Below are positions 15,946-24,900 of a DNA stretch of 39,204 nucleotides, piece after piece. The notes beneath the pieces were generated by a model, which searched no databases, was not told where the DNA came from, and worked only from the letters and a program-made list of their open reading frames with translations. The stretch is from the NCBI GenBank assembly GCA_903847465.1, contig CAINDQ010000038.1:1-39204 (forward strand), given 5' to 3'. Source of the stretch: an uncultured Candidatus Peregrinibacteria bacterium (lineage in GTDB: Bacteria > Patescibacteriota > Gracilibacteria > UBA1369 > LOWO2-01-FULL-3). Both the position numbers and the translations under genes were made by a program. Positions within the stretch are counted from its first letter, which is position 1. Every line of letters begins with the position of its first letter.

Positions 15946-18900
15946 CTATTTAACAATCAAATCCACAATCTTTGCAGCCTCAGCTCTAGTGATGTTGTTT
16001 CTTGGTTTGAATGTCTTGTCTCTATATCCGCTCACAATGCTATTCTTGACTGCGTACCCAACAAACTTCGCAAACCAGTCAGTCAACAAAACATCTGGGA
16101 ATGTATTTTCGTAAGCAGAGAGGTCTCCTTTTTCTTTCGCAAGGACAAGGATTTTCACAGCCTCAGCACGAGTAATTGGTGCGGCTGGTTTAAATGTGCC
16201 ATCGCCATATCCGGTTACTATTCCAGCCTTAACCGCCGCCTCAATATATGGTGCGAACCAATCTTTTGCATCAATCACATCGGTAAAATTTGTGACCGGT
16301 TTTTCCGAAAGAGGTAATCCAAATTTCATCACCACAATCTTTGTAAACTCAGCTCTAGTGATTGGTTTGTTTGGTTGGAAGTGTGTTTCGTCATAACCTT
16401 TCACAATTCCCTTCTGATACAAACTCTCGACGTACAAATCAGCCCAATGATTAATCATGTCTACGAATTGATGCCTTTTTCCAGCAGGAAGCACCTCTTC
16501 CGCCTTCACTACTTTCTTTAGAACGCTGCTTCCTCCGCCTCCACCATTATCCTCAGCAGGAATACCCAAAATTCCAGAATAATCCAAGTTTTCAACTTTA
16601 ATTTTACTACCAAGATCCGTACACACTATTCCAGTTCCCTCGTCCGTATATGCTCCTCCGAGACATTCAGTAAAGTCATATTCACTTGCTCCGTCACAGC
16701 TTGCGCTTATTTCGGACAATTCGGTAATCTCAGCATTTTTCACGCACAAAGACGCGAAGTTATTATCATCTATGTACATGGTTTTCTTTTGCCCTTCTTG
16801 CAATTGACCATCAAGATTTATCAAAACTGAATTCGGCCCTTTCTTTATCACAACATTACTTAAATCAAAAACGTCTGCGCCGAAATCAAATGTAAAGTCA
16901 GCTATTTCATCTTCCCCTTCATAGAAAATAACTTCTTCTGCCTCAGAAAAAATTCCATCAGTTCCTTCTCCTCCGACTGTGACATTCAAATCTCCAGAAA
17001 GACCGTCTGAGGTTACTTCTCCTTCGGTATACCATAGTGGGTCACTTGAATCATGCTCACCATCACCGTCAGTGTCAGGTCCACGTTGCCACTGGAATAT
17101 TGGATATGCATTGGCCGCTATATACCAAACATCATTGAAATCCCAACCATTGAAAGTCCCTTGAGTTTGCATTTCGGAAGTCGTCTTATCCAAACCAGCA
17201 TCACCTTCTTCGTTATCAATACCCGTAGTATCAATATCCCAGTAAGAATTTTCTACTGGCCCACCTTCACCCATAGCTCCAACCAATCCTCCATAAGTTA
17301 TCACATCCTCTCTTGCACCAGATGAGTCACCATTTCCTCCCTGCAAAGTAGCGCCATCATCACCATTTATTTGACAAGCACCACCGGCACTTTGAGTTCC
17401 TCCACATCCGCCACGATAATCCATACCATCAGCACCATCATTCCCCTCTTCTCCACCACCAGCTCCTCCAGGACCAAAATATCCCGTTCCTCCTCCTCCA
17501 CCTCCGGCAATAATTATTGAATTTTCTTGCACAAAAGCTCCGTCAAAAATACCTGACAATCCACCACCTCCTCCTCCGGAAGCATCGTCATATGTGCCAT
17601 ACCCTCCACCTCCAAAACCACCTGCTCCACCAACCAATCCAAGAAGTCCTCTACCACCACCTCCACCAACAATAATAAGTAATTCTTGACCTGGGGTGAC
17701 GGTAAGAGTCCCGCTAGCGTAACCACCGGAACCTCCTTGATTTGTAAGAGAATAGTTACCTCCACCTCCACCAGCTCCCCATAATTTAACATTCAAACTT
17801 GTAACGCCTTCTGGAACTACAAATGCTTGTTCATTCCAGTCATCATAGTCAAATACTTGGGTTGTATCTCCATATGTAACCACAACTCTTCCATTACCGC
17901 TTTGTTTTATCGAAGTGCCTCCTGTCCCAATTCCAGTAGAATAATTTTCATCATCTGTCGTTGGCGGCAAAGCGCTTGTCGACCCGACGCCATTATTTCC
18001 AGTCTCAAGATACCCGTTTGTAGTAACAACAAGAGGATCATAATATCCACTTCCACCACCCGCAGGTCTAGCATCACCGAAACCACCTTCACCACCAAAG
18101 TATCCTCCACCACCTCCTCCTCCATCATAATTATTTCTCAGATAACTACGCACTTTCCCAACTGAATATGAATTGCTAATACTACCACTATTATATCCAG
18201 CAAGTCCGCCCATATAATCATAAGCACCAATTAAACAATTAGCATAAGAATCTATAATTTCTCCAGTTCCAGCATTATTACCAACAAGACACCCAACAGT
18301 CTGATTAGCGCTAATTTGACCAGAAACAAATGATCTTTGAATCGAACCTTCGTTATATCCGACCAACCCTCCAACAGTACGACCAGCATCTCCTGAATAC
18401 GAGCCAATCACTAAATTTTCCAAACCAACATCAGTTATTGCGCCACCCTCTCCAAGATGCCTAAATAAACCGACATAATTCAAATCATCTATAGATATAC
18501 TCAAACGACTAATCACGTGTCCATCACCATTAAAAGAACCAGTAAATGGTTCTGGTGGCGGATCAATCGGAATAAAATTACCAAATTGAGAACAATCTAT
18601 ATCATTGTTTAGAATAAAATTTTTGTCGAGATATAAATATCCACCTTCGCCATCTTGAGTACCAATGGCTTCAAGCTGTGCACAGGTTTCAATTTGATAT
18701 GGTGATTCTTGGCCGTTTCCGCCGGCAAATGTAGACGGTGCCGCGTTCAAGACCGTTTTTAACACAACTATATCCTTGTCGCCGGAATAAGCGTTAATTG
18801 GAAAACGGTCATTTTCCCCTCTCCATGTTCCTTTGCTATATCCAACCGCATAAACATAAGTACCATCGGTTACTATACCTAAGCCACTATCTTCCATTCC

Positions 18901-21900
18901 TGAGCCAAAGAAAGTGTGTGTATTATAAGAACCATCACTATTGAGCTTGAGAAGCATTATATCTGCATTCCCTGTATAGTCACGGACTGGTGAGGTGTCA
19001 TCATCTCCTTGCCAGCTCGCTAAACTTCTACCGACAACATACATGTTATCAGAATCATCATGGGTGAGACTTAAACCATAATCTTCAGAATCGGAACCAT
19101 AGAATGTATGCCACGCATATCCTCCTTCGTTATCAAGAGTCAAAACCATGATGTCGTTATTATCGCCGGAGTGTGCATGAAGTGGCGATTGATCTGCTGG
19201 ACCATCCCATGTCTCCCCGCTAAAACCTGTCACGGAAATATAATTACCATTACTCACATCAATATCATTTGCCCAATCTGAACCTGAGGAACCATAAATA
19301 GTGTGCCAAGCATATGCTCCACTTCCGTCCAATTTTAGAACAAAAGCGTCGTTGTCTCCACCGGTGAAGTCATGTTGCGGATCTCTGTTATCGTCCCCGT
19401 ACCACGTACTAGTACAGAATCCACTCACATACACATTTCCAGCAAAATCAACTGTAATAGAGGTAGGCTCTTCACCTGGATTATCTTCATCAATAAATGT
19501 CTGCGAACCATAGAAAGTGTGCCAATCATAAGAGCCATCCGTTCCCAATTTCAAAACCGCTATGTCAGTTTGCAAACCAGTATCATCGCCACCACTATAT
19601 GCATGCAAAGGCGCAGCTTCATCGTCTCCTTGCCAAGTATCATAACTCTTTATAGCAACATAAACGTTCCCTTCACTTACAGCAATTCCTTGGGCTTCGT
19701 CTGGATAATCATAAGAGCCGTAAAAAGTATGCCATTGATATGCACCATCGCTATTAAGTTTTAACACCAAAGCATTTGACTCCTCTCCAGAAAATCCATG
19801 TATAGGCTGGTCTCCCTCTCCTGGGCCATTCCAGCTACCATAACTAAACCCAGAGATATACAAATCGTTGTTAGAATCAATTGCTGCCGATAATGCATAA
19901 TCAGCTCCTTGCGAAGTACCATAGAACGTATGCCACAAATAATTTCCATTTGAATCAAGCTTCATAACAAAAATATCAGCATTAGCACCAGAATTAGAGT
20001 GCGAGTTAAGTGGTGATTCACTATTTGGCCCATCCCACGTATCCTTACTCCTACCCACAACATAAATATTGCCATCATCATCTCTCACTATACTGTACCC
20101 ACGATCTTCATTGGCTGAACCATAGAAAGTATGCCATGATCCTGACTCCTCTAATGTTGGAAAATTATCCGCATGAGCATACCAGGTATTTTCAAAATCC
20201 CAGTTATATCCTTCACCTTGTGCCTCCAAATAGAATTCGTTTTCAGCATCGTAAAAATAAGAAACTCCCTCTGCTAAATAAAAATTATCAGAATCGTCAT
20301 TCCCCTCATTATTATTATTTATACCAACCAACGGTTCCTCCGCCGAAACATAAACACCAGACTTATAAATACCGTAACCATAATCAGGAAAATTTAATCC
20401 CGCAAAAAGTCCAACGGTGTTTACTCCTTCTTCAAAACTTCCGCCAGTTATAGTACCAGTAGAAAAACTTCCGTACACAGAATCACCTCCATTGCGCCCA
20501 ACAAATCCACCGACACTTTCCGTCGTGTCCGTAACCGTCAAATCACCACTTGAATAAGAAGTGTATACGTCTCCATCATTATATCCGACAAATCCACCGA
20601 CATGTGCCGCTTCCGAATTTTCATTCACGACATCCCCGGTAGAATATGTATTTTCTATGTTCCCATAGTTGACACCAACAAAACCTCCAACATTATAATC
20701 ATCACCAGTCACTGTCCCCGAAGAATACGAAGTTGATATAGCTCCATTATCATTATACCCGACAAAACCTCCCACCGATTGCAGTCCGGAAACCGCCCCG
20801 AGAGAGTAGTTATTACTGATAAGCACATCTCCTGTAAAATACCCAACAAATCCACCGACGTCTTCACCCTCAGCCTCAACTGCAACATCAGAATACGAAT
20901 CACTAATCTCCCCTCCATAATTGTATCCGACAAAACCTCCTATTTCATCACGACCATAGACATTACCTGTAGCAAAAGAACCTGTAATAGTTCCTACGTT
21001 AAAACCAATCAATCCACCAACATTATCATAACCTGAGACAGTAATATTGACGGCACTAGAATCTGTAATCGTATGATGGGTTCCAGGATGCGTATAGTAA
21101 TAATACTCACGGAACCAATCTTGAATATAACTAGGATATTTATACATCCCTACATGTTCCAATGGTTCATGATATCCATTTGAAATAACTTCAAAAGATC
21201 TCTCGTAACCGCTCGGCAAAGTAGGCAATTCTCCAAAATCCAAATCAACTTCCGTATTGTCTTCACTTAATACAATATATTTTTCATCGACTTCTTTTAA
21301 TAAAGATATGTCGCAACCATTAAGCCCAGTACAGGCAATCGGTTCCAAGGCATGGGTCACCACGCTCGCCCCCTTTGTATCTGTAATTTTTATTGAAATA
21401 TAATCGACATAATCAATGTTTTTCTCAGTAGGATCATACGCCATCTTCACAATCCTATTTGTGAACGGATCCAACTTATAATTGAATGCTCCTTCCTTTT
21501 CTTTACCGGTATTATAGACATTTAGTTTCGAGTTGAATTCATATCCTTCGCCATTATCAGTTTCAATTATCGGACATTTATTGTGTGCCAAAATTCCATC
21601 GGCATAATAACTATGTCCAGGTCCGCAAGTCAGCTCAGATTCATTCGCGGGTTTAACTTCTAAATTATAAACAGGCACAGTGTCATACACTCCATTGATA
21701 GAACGAACTTCGACGTCCTGTCCGTTTTCATCCATCAAAATATCCCCAACAACCATCTTACCCGCCTCCTTCCATTCACCATTCACATAAAGTGGATGAT
21801 TTGGAGTAAGTTTCAAATCATCATTTATAATTAAATAATAACTAGCTTTATGAATAAATGTTTGAGCAACTTCTCCAAAAACTTTCTCTTTGGAAGCCTC

Positions 21901-24900
21901 ATTAAATGATTGAACCTTGTCTCCTGCCTTCACATCTTCAATATTTTTATAAGATCCATCTTCAAGCAAAATTTGCGTACCTCCCAAGAAACAAACATCC
22001 GGAACATCGTGATAACCTCCAAGTCCTCCGACATTGCCTGCCTCATCCGCGTCTACTTCTCCACTCACGTTAACATTATCAATAGTACTGCTGGTACTTA
22101 TATATCCGCCCAAAATTCCTACATAATCAACTTCTCTAAAAGCCTGAATGTAAGCACCGGTTATATCAACATTGGATATCTCAGCTCCATCTCCTATCAT
22201 CCCAAAAAGACCGAGAAAATCCTCGTTACGTTCGATAGTTAAATTTTGAATTTCATAATTACCACCCTCTCCGTTGTCTCCATCCAAAGTTCCAGTAAAG
22301 AAATTATCTTCTATGTTTGGGTAATGGTCTCTATCTCCACATAAATGGCTGGTAGTATTGCAACCTATCGGATCAAATCCCTTGCCAGAAGGCACCTCCC
22401 AATACCATTCCCGCATCGCAGCCTCACAATCCTCCTGATTATCGATAACATTGTCCCCAACACAAAAACCCTCATATTCAAACGGATTCCACTCCTCCGT
22501 TGCTGAACAATCAATGTCAGCAATCAAAATAAAATGATCAGCAAGAAATCTCCCTCCATATCCACCAATAGCCTGTAATTGCTCACAAGTTTCAATTTGA
22601 TAAGGATCTAATTCAGTTCCTGAACCGTCAGCAAAGAGATCTCCCCCCACCACGCTAAATGTTCTTTCCTCGGTTGAAATTTTATTCCCATCCAAATCTA
22701 CAGCATAAGCGGTAGTGGTATGATCACCAGCCGATAAGTCGGCAAAAGTAACATCATATGGGCTCCTAGCATCATACAAAGACATAATCTCACCCGACGA
22801 CAAAGCCCTGTTGAAAACAGCAACATCGTCAATAGCACCATCCCACGGCTCTGAAGTATATGCAGTATTGCCAATTGTAAAATTTGCCACCGGAACATCA
22901 GCACTAGGCCCATACTCTGGGTCGGCCTCAACAGTCTCAAGATATTCACCATCCACATAAAAACTAACATCGTTACTTGAATCAAAAACAATCGCCAAAT
23001 GATACCACGTATCAGGAGCAAGATCTGCTGTAGAAGTTGGGTAATCCTGTCTGTTAAATGTTGTAAATACAATTTGATTTTCAAATATTCCCCAGCCATA
23101 TCCTTCGCCATCTACCTCAGCTCTTCCAAGAATTCTTTTGGTGCCGGGATTAACAGTATTCGCATTGATCCAAGCAGACATTGAAAAATTATTTTGCAAA
23201 TTCAAGCTTTCTGAGCTTCCCATGTCAATATAATTATCATCACCATTCAAACTAAATGCTTGCCCAAACTTTCCGTCCGTATATGCTGAATCTGGACCAT
23301 CGTATGTACCAAAAAATTCAACAATATCATTCCCGTTACCAGACTCGTCAGTATTATCCTCACCTCTCCACCACCCGACCAAAGAATTATCGAAATCATT
23401 TATCACATAATGCTGAGCAGAACTGCTTGTGGAAATTTTTATGTCCGTAGATGTCCCTTCAATGGTTGATAAATCTACCGGAGTTGGATCCTCAAAAGAA
23501 ACTATGAAAGGATCATCGGCCGAAATCGCATAAAGAGTTGGGAAAAATCCTGCCGTCGCAACCCAAATCCCTTCAAAATCCCACGCACTAATTGGCGGAG
23601 TAGGCTCAGAGTAACTTGCCGCTTTGAAATAACTTAAATCCCCCTCAAAATTACAAGTTGGCGACAAGGGGTCAGAGGGATCAATATTGCCGGCACACCA
23701 CCAATTAGCGCCGCCACCGTTATAGTAATAAAATCCATCGACAATTCCAGCCCCCATATTTGCATTGCTATCACCTACAAAAAAACCAGTATTAGAGCTA
23801 CCATCGCCAGCAATCGTCCCCGCCATAAAACTATTAAACACATAATCAGTTCCATCCTCTGTGTAACCACCAAAACCACCAAGCGCATTAGAGAAATTAG
23901 CATTCGACCCAGTAACTATCCCGCCAAAATAACTATTTTCAAAACTGGAATTAATACCATAATTATAACCCACAAAACCACCTACGTTCTCATCGCCACT
24001 CACGTCACTCACCGAATATCCATTTGTAAGATAAAATCCTAAATCGATATAGCCATTATCGTTTTCAATTTTGCCAGCAAATCCTCCCGCAGAGACATTG
24101 TCAGTCGAAATTGCGCCCGAGGTAAAACTTTTAGAGATATTCACATCGCAGTCATCATCGGCAAACAGCATATACCCAAACATGCCACCGACATCATTAC
24201 TGTCGGATGATACATCTCCAGAAACATAACTTTCTGTCACATTGATATCCCTATTATCAGCATCACAAGTTCCCATCTCTGTATAACCCATGAACCCACC
24301 AACGTTATCCTTAGAACTATTTACTGTACCTGTAAAACTAGTTCCGCTAATGATTAATTTATTATCCAAATACGCCTCTCCAATCAATCCGCCGACACCC
24401 CCAAAATCAAATCCTAGTCCCAAAACATCGCCTGAAACCGCAACATCACTAATGCTCAAATCTTCCGAAGTTTTATCAATAATACCCACCAACCCGCCAG
24501 CATATCTCCAAGACCTAACACTTAAAGCACTCGTAACGTTTTCGAAATTTGGACCAGTAGCAAATCCCACCAAACCACCAACCGTCGCACCAGAATTTGT
24601 TCCGACAACAGATCCGGATGTTAAATCCAAATCCTTAATCGTAAAATTTTCAGCTTCAGAAAAAAGCCCAACATACTCCATATTAGATTCAATATTTAGA
24701 CCACTTATAGTCTTGTTATTCCCATCCAAAATTCCCTCAAAATCATCATTATTAAATACAATTGGGTCAAACTCTCCATCGCCATTTACAGTAGAGCAAT
24801 CAAGATCATCAGTCAGCTTATAAGTATCGAAACGTGCCAACGAATCGACATCGACTTCATAAGTAGAAACTATATCCTGCAATTCCTGACAAGTAGAGAT

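Noticed and set aside
17440-18123. Glycine-codon tracts acting as slippage-prone simple-sequence repeats (phase variation).
   Set aside because: The GGN codons are heterogeneous (gga/ggt/ggc/ggg mixed). The longest perfect unit I saw is about three GGA repeats, which is too short and impure for efficient slipped-strand mispairing.
21580-21993. A canonical mobile intein (splicing element with a homing endonuclease).
   Set aside because: There is no endonuclease or DOD insert between blocks B and F; the element is only 138 aa. The +1 residue is Lys rather than Cys/Ser/Thr. The host is a hypervariable surface protein rather than a conserved enzyme site. A BIL/PT-Hint-type autoprocessing domain is the better reading.
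8780-23277. A diversity-generating retroelement (DGR) targeting the lectin-type domains of the giant proteins.
   Set aside because: No reverse transcriptase ORF is present, and I could find no template/variable repeat pair with adenine-specific mismatches. The near-identical patches between A and B differ at all base types.
24290-24823. Long ORFs on the opposite strand or in other frames inside the giant genes, for example 24290..24823(+), 20010..20453(+), 19372..19764(+), 17827..18165(+), 22698..23111(-), 7257..7583(+) and 7874..8200(+).
   Set aside because: All lie entirely within the 3050-aa or 3646-aa reading frames, which have coherent domain content. Their translations are low-complexity (P/S/T/H/I-rich) shadows of the repetitive GLUG/Gly codons. 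No promoter or independent signal was seen.
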